A DNA stretch of 64,000 nucleotides, taken from contig BFEA01000015.1 in NCBI GenBank assembly GCA_003427395.1, positions 5,080,665 to 5,144,664 on the forward strand, read 5' to 3'. The number at the start of each line of letters is the position of its first letter. Within the stretch, counting starts at the first letter, position 1. The DNA comes from Chara braunii (lineage: Eukaryota; Plantae; Charophyceae). Positions 40,901 to 53,423 of the stretch are shown piece after piece. Below the pieces are notes generated by a model, which was not told the origin of the DNA, did not search any database, and saw nothing but the letters and a program-made list of their open reading frames with translations. Made by a program: the position numbers and the translations under genes.

Positions 40901-41414
40901 CAGCGACAAAGATGATAGTGGCTTGAATAACAATTTTGAGATGTATAGCAAGAGTGCCGGTGCTGTTGCACATGGTAATGAGCAAAGTATTGAGTGTAAT
41001 GTGGGCAATAGGGTGTCCTTGCATATCGAAGAATGACATGCAGCAGAGGCAGTGACAACGAGGACGGTAGGAGGTAGGCGCATCAAGCTGTCCCGGTACG
41101 GCCACCATGGCAGCGCAGCTGCTGTAAGACTCATCTGTGATTGAGTGTCCCTGCATGACGGATGTGTAAAATTTTTGGCCAATGGGCGAGGTTGACACAA
41201 TCAAGTGAGTGACATGGCTTTCCTAGGCAGTCTGCCACAGCTGCTGCTCACATGATGCACGATGTTCACCATCGACGGAAGGAGATAGTGGCTGCTCTTC
41301 TCTCTCTGGCTCTGGATTGGACTGAGGGCGATGGGGAGGCGATCTCAATGGTCGGCTGGGTGGAGAACACCGAGGTGGTTTGGGATGTAGAGGAGGGGTG
41401 AGCAGCAACTCGTG

Positions 41415-41825
41415 CTGTTCGATAGGAGCCCGATGGAAGCCCTTTGAACCAATGCTACAATTTGTTAGAAATGGGGCATGATCAGGGGGCAGCGCCGGTG
41501 AAGGAATCGTGCAAACTGCTGCCAATGAGCATGCTCATGGGTGGTCAGCCAGTTATCACTCAGCCTGCCACAACACCAACAACGGACTGTGAAGTTTATG
41601 CTGATTCTATTGTTGGCGTTGTGGCAGGTCGAGTGATAAGTGGCTGACCACACACAGCCATGCTCACTGGCAACACTCCGCCTGATCCCTTCCCACACAC
41701 AGCCATGCACACTGGCAACACTCCGCCCGATCCCTTCACCAACGCTGCCACCTGATCATGCACCATTTCTACCAACTCGTAGCGTTGGTTAAAACGGGCT
41801 TCCGTCTGACTCCTATCAAGACAAC
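41415..41825. repeat. Long imperfect inverted repeat (fold-back), loop ~41584-41608
   Basis: gtggtcagccagttatcactcagcctgccacaacaccaacaa pairs with ttgttggcgttgtggcaggtcgagtgataagtggctgaccac; ORFs 41444-41647(+) and 41596-41880(-) give homologous peptides. Confidence 0.85.
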
Positions 41826-42271
41826 TGCTCCGGCATGCATCATGGTGTTTTCCTATGACATGACGCAGCTTCACAATCAAGTGATGAGTTCACTCATAAC
41901 TGCATCAACAACAATCTCCGCAAAAGTCGCAAGGTTAATCGTTCCACCAACAACAACAGTGATAACTGCTCCTATCCCTGGCATGGAGCTATCAGTCGGC
42001 ATCGAGGCTTTTGATGGTCTGACGTTACATTCTGCCCATCAACAGCCACCACGGGTCATCAAGGCGGCAACAACAACGGCAACAACATCACGAACACAAA
42101 AGCCTGCTGCTCCTATGCTCTTCATGGCAGCATCAGCTGGTGCCAGAGGCACAGGGGGATTGTTTCCCTGCACACTAGGTTTCACATGACAACATCCGGG
42201 GCCTATGTGCAATGTGCATTCCTTCGTTTTTTTGCTGCTGGGGATTGGCCAGGAGATTGACGGGCTGATCC

Positions 42272-42625
42272 CATGGGTGGTTCGCCTTCTCACTCGATTG
42301 CTTTTTTGCATCTTTTGTAGCTATCAAAGATTCGAAAAAAACTGATTGTGCACAAGCTGCGCTCCTTTTTTAATTTTAGGTTTGGGTGTCATGGGTGGTT
42401 TGCCTTCTCACTCGATTGCTTTTTTGCATCTTTTGTAGCTATCAAAGATTTGAAAAAAATTGATTGTGCACAAGCTGCGCTCCTTTTTTAATTTTGGGTT
42501 TGGGTGTCATGGGTGGTTTGCCTTCTCACTCAATTGCTTTTTTGCATCTTTTGTAGTTATCAAAGATTTGAAAAAAATTGATTGTGCACAAGCTGCGCTC
42601 CTTTTTTAATTTTGGGTTTGGGTGT
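42272..42625. repeat. 118-bp tandem repeat, three units
   Basis: Units start at 42272, 42390 and 42508 (catgggtggtt.gccttctcactc...). Confidence 0.95.
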
Positions 42626-42959
42626 TTTGCACTTCTATTTAGCATGTACGATGAACTTCAATAAAATATGCTTTGGATGCAAAAAAAGATAATCAAAATT
42701 GATGGAAATAAGAAAAACGCTTATTAAGAAAAAAACACAACACATTTAAAAAAGATTTCCGTATACTATTTTGTTTCAGTGTATCTGGTCAGTGTTTCGA
42801 TCCCACTTCTCCTCTCACTGCTGCCCTTAGGTGCTCTGAGATTCCATTGCGAGGGTTTGCTTGCTTTTCCCCCCGATGATTTGTTCTCAACAAAACAAAA
42901 AACCTACATCCGGGACAACTCTATATTTTTACCGAAAACATCCAGAGGCAAGTAGACAA

Positions 42960-43123
42960 CAGCCTTCATGATGCCTCTTCGGCCCTGGGATTTGGCTCAC
43001 TGCTTGACCCAAGTCCATTATAGAAGGATTCGCTATGCCTCTTCGGCCCTGGGATTTGGCTCACTGCTTGACCCAAGTCCATTATAGAAGGATTCGCTAT
43101 GACCGCTATGCGGACGACTTACT
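42960..43123 (+). pseudogene. Group II intron maturase/RT fragment with internal ~64-bp tandem duplication
   Basis: 'HYRRIRYDRYADDLL' in ORF 43035-43340; atgcctcttcggccctggg...gattcgct is duplicated. Confidence 0.7.
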
Positions 43124-44273
43124 GACGAAGTCATCGGACCTTGAGCATGGGATGATAGAATATGCTCTGCATGCCTTCCACCATGTGCTTTCTCGTGCCC
43201 ATGAGCTCCAGCCCATCTGGGTGGCCGCAGTCGACTTGCATCGCTCAAGGACTACTTCGCGGAAGTGCTCATGGCACTATCGAAGACCTCAAAAATATCA
43301 ATCTTCACGCCAGCAATTCCACCTACCCCGGTCGCTCTGATCGTGCTAGTAAACGCCAAATTGCCAATCTAGTTGAACATAATTGCTTTAATTATTGGAT
43401 AAATGTTTGGCGACTGAAGAGCAATAATATCAAAGTCTAAGGATTGACGAACACTGGCAGTGGCACCAGGAACCTCCATGATAGTGTTAGAGAAGAAAAC
43501 GATAGAAACCGGTTGGTACCACGAGGCCACCGTTGTCACATGCCGTGCCTTGGAATGCCTACCCTGGCAGTGGCGCCACCTAAACTGGCCTCGCAGTGTA
43601 ATCTGCGACATCATGAAGAATTGGCTCTCCAGTCTTCCAGCCCCCGCCGCCCCAAAAAATGAGCTTGTATACAGACCACCAAAAAAAGGTTCCCCAGGGA
43701 GGCAGATGACATTCCAACTACCCCAACTTTGGCTATTTTTATATCTTATGTCCGGCAGCACCTCTTGGCTATGCTCTATTCTTGATTTGATTTCATTCCA
43801 GTACATTTATGGATTATATTTGGAATTACTGCGGTCGGACGTGAGGTGGGTGATTAGGAGTTCACGCAGTGTATGATAATTGTCCTTTCCCATCGAGGAG
43901 CATTGGTTCTGCCACATGGCACGGACAGGAAGGAACCTTGCTCCCAGAGGGTCAGGGGCTGTGACTTGGTGGGGCAGACATCCTTGCGTCTCGATGAGCA
44001 GTTAATCCTCTCGCGCGAGGGCAATCGGTGCTGTTCATCATCATCGACTGCTTATAATTGGCTCCTGTTTTGTGATTGAGACGCTGGGCCCGGTTTCCAG
44101 CTGGTGCAGCTCCCCACCATAAGATTGGAACCATCTTCTGTCGAAGTCCTATCACCTCCACAAACTTCTAACAGATGATTTAGAAAACAAAACAAAACAA
44201 AAATCCGACAAAAAAACAGAGATGTTGATAGGTCATGCCACATCAAAGGGAAAAAAAAAAAACGTAAACAGAA

Positions 44274-44654
44274 GGGATCATTTGCAAAATACCCCCATAA
44301 GTTGAGACATGCCGAAATGCCCCTGAAAGACGTGGGTAGAGTGGAATGCCCCTCTGACAACAAAATTATTTTGTGAAATACCCCTGGTGTCGGTTGGACC
44401 CCCATCTTCGCAATACAAGCCTGCCGGGTACCATCCAACTTTGCAAAACGCCCCAGTACTTGCCAGCTTCTCCTAGGCGCTATTGCAAAAGGCCAAGGCC
44501 CAAACGGGGAGGTCCAGATTGCAAAGTTGCACGCCCACCTGACAGGGGCACAACACAAAGATTCCGGTCCAAAAGGGCATTCCGCTCTATTTACGTCTTT
44601 CAGGGGCATTTTGGCATATATCTCAACTTGCGGGGGTATTTTGCAAATTATCCT
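44274..44654. mobile_element. Mutator-like (MULE) MITE, ~80-bp TIRs, 9-bp TSD
   Basis: TIR GGATCATTTGCAAAATACCCCC...GGAATGCCC versus GGGCATTCC...GGGGGTATTTTGCAAATTATCC; flanks TAAACAGAA / TAAACAAAA. Confidence 0.85.
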
Positions 44655-47600
44655 TAAACAAAAACAGTTTAGAGCACGGAAAAGTATTTGTGCCATACCA
44701 AATGCATATTTCAATTGAAGTCTCTGTAACCCTGGAAGGAATGACGCAGATGTGCAGTAGCCCAGTTGGTAGGGCGCCTGTGTTCTACAGGTTCCTGTGT
44801 CACAAGACGAGCTGCAGGTTAGCAATGAGTGCCTGCGATTGGAATGTGCAATATTAGACTCTGGCGCATTTTTCATCCCCAGCCGGGTAACCCACGAGGG
44901 GATGGTCAGAAGACTGTGTAGACGTTACGTGGCGGGTCCCGCCCGTCGAGCGTCCTGCTGCTGTGCTCACAACATACACAGTCGGAGGGGAGGCGGGTCG
45001 CTCAGGAACTGCATACCATTGGGAGTGTCCTGCCTTGGTATGCCCCACTCTTCCCTGGATGTGTGGGGAGTGTGATTATGTTACTGGCCGTCAGGTTAGG
45101 GCCTGCCTATACCTCGGCCTCCACAACCTTTTTATTTTAAAAAGAAAAAAAAAGTAAAAGAGAAATGACACGAACTAAATGCATATTCAATCGAAGTTTC
45201 TGTCAGCCTGATAGAAATGACTTTTCATGCTTGGCAGGCCTGATTTTTCCGTTCGTATAATGGGCTCCGTGGGCCTGGTGCTTTAGACCAGCAGTGGGTG
45301 GCCCAGCCTTTCAAAAGACCTCTCGCCGATCAACGGTAACCCCTGGAAAGCCTCAGAGTGCCAGTTGAGAAAAGGCTGGCGGGGCCAGGCAAATGACACG
45401 CCAAGACTGGAAGACGGAAAGCGCGGAATGCTGCACGGTGCCATCAGCCCATTTTTATACTCCACAGACTGCACAGTCGGGAGTAGACAGATTACAAGCA
45501 GCCACCTGCAAAGATTCTTAGAATCAGAACAAAATTCTGGATGGTAAAAGAATTGGCGGCAAAGGCTTGCAAACTTTGCTTCCACCTGCTACCAGTGGCC
45601 TGAAAGGTTTTGCGCGATTCCGTTGCCACCAGTTTGGAAAATTTACAAAAGAGTCCTCACGGTTTCAGGTTGCTAAGAGACTGTTGCAATGGCGACGGCA
45701 GAGGGATATGAAGAATGATGATCTCCTCTCTGAGAGGGCAGGGTACTGTTCACACCACTCACCACTCGAAGCACCTCAGGGAAAAGAAAACAGAAAAGAA
45801 AAAAACACACAAAGATGAGATCATGATGATCTCCCTTGCTGGGGAGGGAGTCCCATAGGAATAGAGAGCCTCAGCCACATGGACGAGTGCCAAAGGTGAC
45901 TCTCATACGTATAGAACCAAGCCTCTACAACAACCTGAGCTTTAGAAAAAAAACAAAAAAAAGGATTGCTATCCATGAGCCACACCAAAGGTTTGCTATC
46001 CGCAGAGCACCACAAACAGCATTAGGATTCATGTTCCATTTCCAGGGTTCACGAAGAAAGTCACGTCGTGGTAGCACCTTGTGCATGGAAAAACAACAAC
46101 GAAACCCTCGTGAAGTGACCGACCTCGCTGAGCCGTTCCGATAGGGGAGATGCTGATGAACTGGGTGAGGATAACGAAGCCGACACAAAAGATTTCCGAT
46201 GCAGAATAGCCAACGCAATTTCGTGGCCAGACATTGCATTCCCGATGTGTGTCAACATAGGAATGCTCTTTCTATGTAAGCTTCACACTTCACGGTACTT
46301 TTACTTCTTGCCTATTCAAGTGATGGTCTTTCACTTTGTATGATATCTCTTTTCAAGAGGGGTTTCCCGCCAATATGCTTTCAGCGGTTCTCCCATCCCA
46401 ACCAAGCTACCTGGCAATGCCGGGTGAGAGTTGGTACTCCCAGCTCACGAAATTTGCAAAAGAGGCCTTGTTCTAAACCACCACTGCCTGGCCCCAGTCA
46501 ACTTGAGAATCAGACTTGCATCTGTTCATAGCTTTGCCACAGATTCGCAACGAGGAATCTTTTTATCAAGTTCTTTTTTTTATTATTTAAAGGCAAGCCT
46601 ATCTTTGGTTCTTTTCAAAAAGAATAGAACGATCACCTATCTGAAATCGAACAGATTCTCAAACTACAGCTAACGCTCCTTTGTATAATTTGTTTGGTTG
46701 TTCTCTGTGGTACCGCGGCACCTGTGCTTTCTCATATATTAGCTCAAAGAGAAGTTTCCACCGGTGCTCCTTTCTTTAATGGTACTATAATACCTATTTT
46801 TATTTGTTTACTACTTGTTTTAGTGAAAAAGAACAATGTAGTCGAGGACTACATTTCACAGCATAAGTACATCGCCACAACAGCTCCTGAAGCAAGAGCA
46901 CTGGAGAGAGTCCTCAACCCCCACATCCACTCTCTTGCAATACAAAAAATAGGAAGGATTGCTTCTCACCCCCACATACACTCTCCTGCAATACGACAAA
47001 TAGGCATGGATTGCAAGTGTCTACGGAAAAAAAAACACATGACGTTGCCGGAAATGTGATTTCCTCCCTTCCCTATGGATTCCCTACCCTCCTCCTCCTC
47101 CTCCTCATCATCATCCTTAGCAATCTGTTTTACATTTACGCTCTTCGCAAACAAACCAGAAAATAGGTTCAGACTCTTCAGAGATTAATGTGGACAACTG
47201 AGCACAACCTTTCCCAAACCAATCTGTTCATTTTTTTGTTTCCTTCCGAACAAACATTAGACCCCCACTCCACCCCCAGGACCACCATATTTTGTGACCA
47301 TATATACAAGGCAGTCACAACCGCGCAGCAGACTGGAGCTCCATTTGAAAAACGTTGGGACTGCAATCTCAGCGGGCTCAGTTCAGCAGGTGACTATTTG
47401 TCTTGCGGACGAAATGGCCAATTCCAGCAAGTACAGGATCAACAAAATAGGATCAAGCGTAAAAAAAAATAAAAAAAATAAAGGGGCAATACTTTGGAGT
47501 CGCACCCAACGTTCAGAATAGGCAACTTTCGCAGTTCCCGAAATGGAGCAAAAAAGGCGACCCCCCCTAAATCTGCCAAGCCACACTGCGGGGCCGTGCG

Positions 47601-48387
47601 GGTAATGACTGGCGAACCGCTAAACTTGCACATTTCGAAACTCACACCATGACACCGGTGCCACTTTGTCTTTTGTTGCCTATTTCAAACTAAGAGTGTG
47701 TCACAGCCACAGTTTCCCAAAAGAAAAATGGATCACACACAACGGTGGCGTTAACTCATCGGAGTGCGTAGAAGCTGTGTCATCCCTGTTCGAAACAGTT
47801 TTAATTTTCGACGTTCGACCCCTATAACCCCTTCTGCCCGCAAAGGGCCTCTCACACTATGGAAGGTTTAGTTTTGGGATTTGCAAGGTTGGTCGACTAT
47901 TTCTATTTTTTCAGCCCCCCAAATCAAAGACCCGAGATCGGTGACGTCTGCTAGCGAATTGGGCTGCATGCTCTACCATTCATTGGTTGGTTCCAGTTTT
48001 TTCCTGGGCTTGGTTTTCCCCAGCACAAAAAAAGTCATGTGAACTGAACAAGGGGTCCTCAATAAAGTGAAAAAGATATGCAGTATTGTGCACCCTACTT
48101 GAAACCCCCGGAAAGGACGGGGGGAAGATGGGGGAAAGGATGCGGAGAAGATGGGGAAAAAGATCAGGTGAAGCATGGGTGGGATCGAAGAACGGCGACA
48201 GGGAGGGGACAGCGGACGGCTAAGCAAAGATGAGGCAACAAGCTGCACAATCATCTTCGGAAGTTTTTCGTTCGGCAACAGCAAAACGAAGACGATAAGG
48301 CGTTGACACCAACAGATTAACAGAGAGAGTATGACTCCCTACGTGACTGTGCTGCACGCTGCTGAGACATAAATCTGATCCCCCTTA

Positions 48388-48497
48388 GGCCCTAGTTGCA
48401 CTACTCGCCATCCGCCAAGATTTCAAATGCATCTGGACACAGTGATGTCTGCATGCAATCAAAATGTTGGCGGATGGCGAGTAGTGCGACGAGGCCC
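48388..48497. mobile_element. PIF/Harbinger (Tourist-like) MITE, 110 bp, TTA TSD
   Basis: TTA at 48385-87 and 48498-500; TIR GGCCCTAGTTGCACTACTCGCCATCCGCCAA versus reverse complement GGGCCTCGTCGCACTACTCGCCATCCGCCAA. Confidence 0.9.
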
Positions 48498-50255
48498 TTA
48501 GGTTGTACTGCATGCTACTGAGAAATAAATACGATCTTCCCTAGGTTGCCTGGGCGTCCAAGCATCTGGCACCGTTATCTGGGAAAGCTGGTGCGAGGCA
48601 TAAGATGCAGCCCCAGAGTCGGAAAGCAGGCATAAAACACAAACTGCTGGTCCTGAAGTAATTTTGTTTCAAAGTGGGAAAGACGGTCCCACACAAAATC
48701 TGGTCATAGAGTTGGACAGGAGGCACCAGGCACAAGCTTTGCCCTAGTGGAGCACACTGACAACAACTTCATGGGATGCCATACCGCGTACACGCAGTAG
48801 TTTCATCTCAAAGGGAGGCAACCATGACTGACCACTCCCGGAGATCACCCTGGACTCCAAAAAAAAAAAAAAAAAAAAAAAAGTTTTCAGAAAGATGGCT
48901 GCTGGTCATCTGTTTCCCAACTGCAGGGGCCCGCACGGGTTTCCAGGTGCTGATGGCAGTTCAAACCACAGGTACCCTCCTCGGGTACACACCAAAGTCT
49001 GTCGGTTCAACACAGCGCTTTGAGGTTCCGCCTAGCAGACCGGAAAGGATGATGGCACCCAGAAGGGCCTTCCCTGCGAGGGTTATGAAGATGGCTGCCG
49101 TTAATCTGGCTTCCATCCGCATGGACTGGCACCGATGTCCAGGAGCTAGTGCTGAAATCCTTCCAGGGTTCCCACAATAGTGCGCTGGTTAACACCATGC
49201 TGCAAAGTCCAGATTCTTGCTGGTTTAGTGAGGTTGACCGTGCATCGGCGTGCAAGTCACGGAACAAATTGCCCACTTTGGTGCAGCGAAGTGGGAGGCT
49301 GCAGATGTCCGCAACAAGACAGACACGACTTATTCAATGTGTAGCATGCATGAAAGACACCTGGAATGACAAACTCATTCCAGAGACCATAGCCTTTCGT
49401 GCGGGACCAAAACGGCTGCTGGCACCCGGTAGGCCCTTCCCGCAGCACTTTGGGATTGTAGGTGGCCTGCCAGACCAACTCTGGCGGCGAAACCCTGTAG
49501 GCCCTTGTCCGCGATGGTTCGGGATTTTAAGCTGCAAGGAACCAGCATGTGCGATCAATTCCAAATATTACAAACTTAACCCCCCCCCCCCCAAAAAAAA
49601 AAAAAAGACAGCATGGGGGGGAAGGGGTCCGTAAATTTTTGACCCCCTTGTCTTCTTTGATCCTCCCCCCCCNCCCCCCCGTTCAATAGAATGATGCAAA
49701 AATTCACAGGCAGGTGCTTTAAGTCGTGGACTATCTGCACAAAAAAAAAAAACGGGGGTTTGGCAGGAACCTGAACCCGGGGGTCGGACAGGGCCCGAAG
49801 CCCGCCCCGTGCCACCGTTAGGAGTCGGCCCGACCCCTCCCAAACGTTTGGGCCAGTAACACTGTGAGAGCTCTTTTTTTTTTTTTTTTTAATCAAAGTG
49901 TTCCAAGGCTGCTTTCAGAGTAGTGGGAGACTAACTAAAGTACGCAATCCAACCCTGCAGCTACTTGAAAATCCAATCCCCGATCCTACTCCAACGAGTG
50001 GAACAGAAGAGAGGAAAATGACGAGAAGAGAGATGAAAATGAGGTCCGGGAGTACATGATATAATGAGAAAAACGGGAGGAGGACGGAACAGGAAAAACT
50101 GTAACATCATTACCGTGCTAGGATCTAAAAGAGGCCCCGGAGCACAAAAATTATGAGATGCAAAAGCTCAATCAAGACCGATCACAAGCAAGCCGGGTTG
50201 AAAGCAGAATGACAAAGCCGAGAGCACGCCACGAGAAGACACACCGAATGCTGAA

Positions 50256-50521
50256 GTTCCTTGACAATGAAAGCCTTCTGCACCCCGCCAACAATCGATA
50301 CAGCAACGTAGTAGGAGCCCTAGATATGATGTGTCAGCCTACACTACTCTCCTATTCAGCCTACACACTCTAACCTTCACTCTCTCTCTCTCTCTCTACT
50401 GACGTTCCTTGACAATGAAAGCCTTCCGCACCCCGCCAACAATCGATACAGCAATGTAGTAGGAGCCCTAGCTATGGTGTGTCAGCCTACACTACTCTCC
50501 TACTCAGCCTACACACTCTAG

Positions 50522-50570
<49 letters not shown>
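50256..50570. repeat. ~147-bp tandem duplication, each unit ending in (CT)n
   Basis: gttccttgacaatgaaagcc...cagcctacacactcta.ccttc(ct)n occurs twice. Confidence 0.9.
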
Positions 50571-50572
<2 letters not shown>

Positions 50573-50923
50573 CAGATACCTCGCACTGACAAGTCTGAAC
50601 AGAAGAGGTGCTCCTTGCCCATACACCAGGTTAAGCATCCACCAGTCCTGACTGCCGCTCTCCTCCCTGACCAACCCTGACCACCCGCCAACACTTCCTT
50701 CGGCAAGGTGACCAACCAGCTATGGTTTGTGCTCGCCAGGCAGCTACCGCTAGCTGCCTTGTCCTCTTCCTGCACAGGCGCTGGTGTGCGCTGCTGCATG
50801 ATACTGCCCCAGCCTCCTCTGGTTCGGGGTCTGTGCCTCTAGCAGGCGGTCCCCACCCGGTAGTCACCTGCGCCAGGCTTCAAGCCGGCGTCTGGTAGCA
50901 TCTCAGGCGCGACCTTCACTTAC

Positions 50924-51136
50924 GCCCCGCCTGCATTTCTCTGAGTGGCCTTTTCTGGGGGCTGATGAGGCCTGTGGCCTCGCATAGCAGGCTTCTGGAC
51001 TGAAAAGGCCGGTGTCAACTGGTATGCCCCTGCCTGCATTTCTCTGAGCGGCCTTTTCTGGGGGCTGATGAGGCCTATGGCGTCGCATAGCAGGCCCCTG
51101 GAGTGAAAAGGCGGTGGCAACTGGTATGCCCCTGCC
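50924..51136. repeat. ~102-bp tandem repeat, two units, each self-complementary
   Basis: ggccttttc...gaaaaggc(c) encloses an aggcc-tgt-ggcct hairpin. Confidence 0.85.
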
Positions 51137-52374
51137 CATGACAGTTTGGGATTTTCGGCGCGGGCAACATTGCACGTCAGATTCTGTCAATCCAGGCCTG
51201 AACGCTGTGGGCCATATATGCAGCCTTGCCAGACCGGATGCTTTCTCAATGGTAACTAACGTAAAGACCACTCTGCCGCCTCTCTTCAAACTCTTGCGCT
51301 ATTTCACACACCACGTGCAGACGCGATGACCACATCACTGCAGCATCTTTCTGTGCGTGGGGAACACCTTAAACCACCAGTACTTCCTAAAGTCGTGCCC
51401 TTTAACAAGCCACAAATTTTAGGAAACGTATGGGCCACTACAGGAGCGCCCAAATTCATCCGACGAAGAACTTTCCGTGGCCAATAGCTGGGCCAAGTAC
51501 TGGTGGTTCAAACCACCAGCACACCCGGGCCTATTTTTCCCTAAGGTTGATTTACCCGATGGTACGCTTCATCAAAGACCACTCAGCCATGACGCTACAC
51601 ACTCGTGCACTATTTCAGACACCGCGTGCAGATACGAGGACTACCTTGACCAGCACTTCGCACGGAGCTGCGCCCAAGTTCATTGGAAGCACAACCAGGC
51701 CTTAGCCCTGCAGCTCTCTCCGCATCTTCCTAACACTCGGTAGAAACGTCGCCTGGATGTTCAACATGGATAAAGTCAGATAGACACACTTGCTGGTCAA
51801 ATTCACTGATAATGGGCCTCGTTCCATGACTCAGCATCCTACACGCATTTCAAAACTTTTCTTGACCAGGTGCATTTGGACGGGTGCAAGATTTCGAATG
51901 CACCGGGACAATAATGAGGTCCTAATACATATAGAGACTGTAGAGAGACTCTAGAGTCTAGAGTGTTGTGGAGTGAGGCCCAATGCATCCGATGACGTAT
52001 CTTTGGACAGAGAGACAAAGGACATCCACATTTGTTGCGTACCTACTTGTCTTGAAGCATGCTTGCTCTTCACCCAAAGCAGCGATATTGATCCTTACAT
52101 AGAATTGATAAGGGACGGGAAGTCGCAGGAACATTATTTAGATGTTCCCCTTCCACCCTTCCAAATTTGCACATGACCTGACCTGGCAGCTATCCTGCAC
52201 AATCTCCTGCAAAAAATAAAAATAAAAAAATCCAGGATTGACAGACCCCAGCAGATACAGGCCCCCCCCACACTAGCCATGAAATACTAGAGAAACTGGA
52301 GAGAAAATAATGAAAAAAGTTGAAAATCATAAAATCATTCACAAAAATAATGAAAAATTGACATCCACATCCAC

Positions 52375-52470
52375 ATCCTTCGGAACACATCCGTTNAAAT
52401 TGGAACGATACAGAGAAGATGAGGATGGTCCCTGTGCAAGGATGACACACATAAATTGAGAAATGGTCCA
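52375..52470 (+). pseudogene. U6: U6 snRNA pseudogene, near full length
   Basis: ACATCCG.T.AAATTGGAACGATACAGAGAAGAT.AG.ATGG.CCCTG.GCAAGGATGACAC.CATAAAT.GAGAAATGGTCCA matches plant U6; catalytic AGC is AGG; no oligo-T end. Confidence 0.95.
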
Positions 52471-52473
52471 CTT

Positions 52474-52530
52474 GAGCTGGGAACAGTCGGAAAAAAAAAA
52501 AAGAAAAAAAAAAAGAGCTGGGAACAGTCG
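52474..52530 (+). mobile_element. Solo poly(A) insertion with perfect 16-bp TSD
   Basis: GAGCTGGGAACAGTCG at 52474-52489 and 52515-52530 flanks an A-rich run. Confidence 0.85.
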
Positions 52531-53320
52531 AAGAGACGAGATGTCAGTTCGTGTTCGTAGTCTACGTCCCGCAACGTGTGACAATCGTTGGCTAGAGTAA
52601 CTTCGTGCCTTTTGGTGTCAGTGCCCACTCATCATCACATTCAGCAACATCAATCCACCTTTCACAGCCATCCTACGTCATACCATCCTACGTCATACAA
52701 ACACAGAGGGAGAGAGACAACCCCCCACCCCCGACAAAAAAAAGAAAAAAAGAAAGAAAAGAAAAAGCCACCACTTCTACATGCAGTTGATACGGCAGGG
52801 GTGAAACGAAAGAACAGGTGCTATTACCAGAACAGTGTTTGAAATTTAATCTCCGCGTATTTTGTTTACAAATTGGTCTGTTGTTCGAACCTGCACTCGC
52901 AACACAAGACAGACCTAAATACCATATTGGCATATTCGCAAGTCAACAATCATCACAAGCTTTCCACAAAACCCCACTGTTCTCACATAAACAGTTTCTC
53001 CTTGGGCGCGACACCAATTCTACGGTTCAGTTAAATGTTGTCGGACCTGGCGCTTGAACCACAGCACACATCTGAGCAACACGAAAAAACACTGACAGCT
53101 GAGTTAACCGCAGTGGTAGTCTGGGTCCCTCCCCACATTCCTAACCTCAATATGGCATTCTCATGCACGTTTTAACGACAGGTGACCCCCTGAAGGCTTC
53201 GAAGAAAAAAAAGCTTATAAATTTACCGCCATCCATCGATCACCTAGATGGCCCGCAACAAATGGAGCAGCAGACAGCCTAAATGTCTGTTCGGCTCTGT
53301 TGCAAACAATATCCACTTGA

Positions 53321-53423
53321 AGATAACGCAGGTGTCCTAAGATGAGGTCAACGAGGACAGAAATCTAGTGTGGAGCAAAAGGGCAAAGGCTCATTTGATT
53401 TTGAAAAAATAAAAATAAAATAA
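53321..53423 (+). pseudogene. Retroposed 25S/28S rRNA internal fragment (~85 nt) with A-rich tail and TSD
   Basis: GATAACGCAGGTGTCCTAAGATGAG.TCAACGAG.ACAGAAATCT.GTGTGGA.CAAAAGGG.AAA.GCTC.TTTGATT.TGA matches eukaryotic LSU rRNA; flanks ATCCACTTGA (53311-20) and ATCCAGTTGA (53424-33). Confidence 0.9.

Noticed and set aside
44052-44876. 274-aa minus-strand ORF
   Set aside because: It runs through the MULE MITE and A/T runs and shows no recognisable protein motif.
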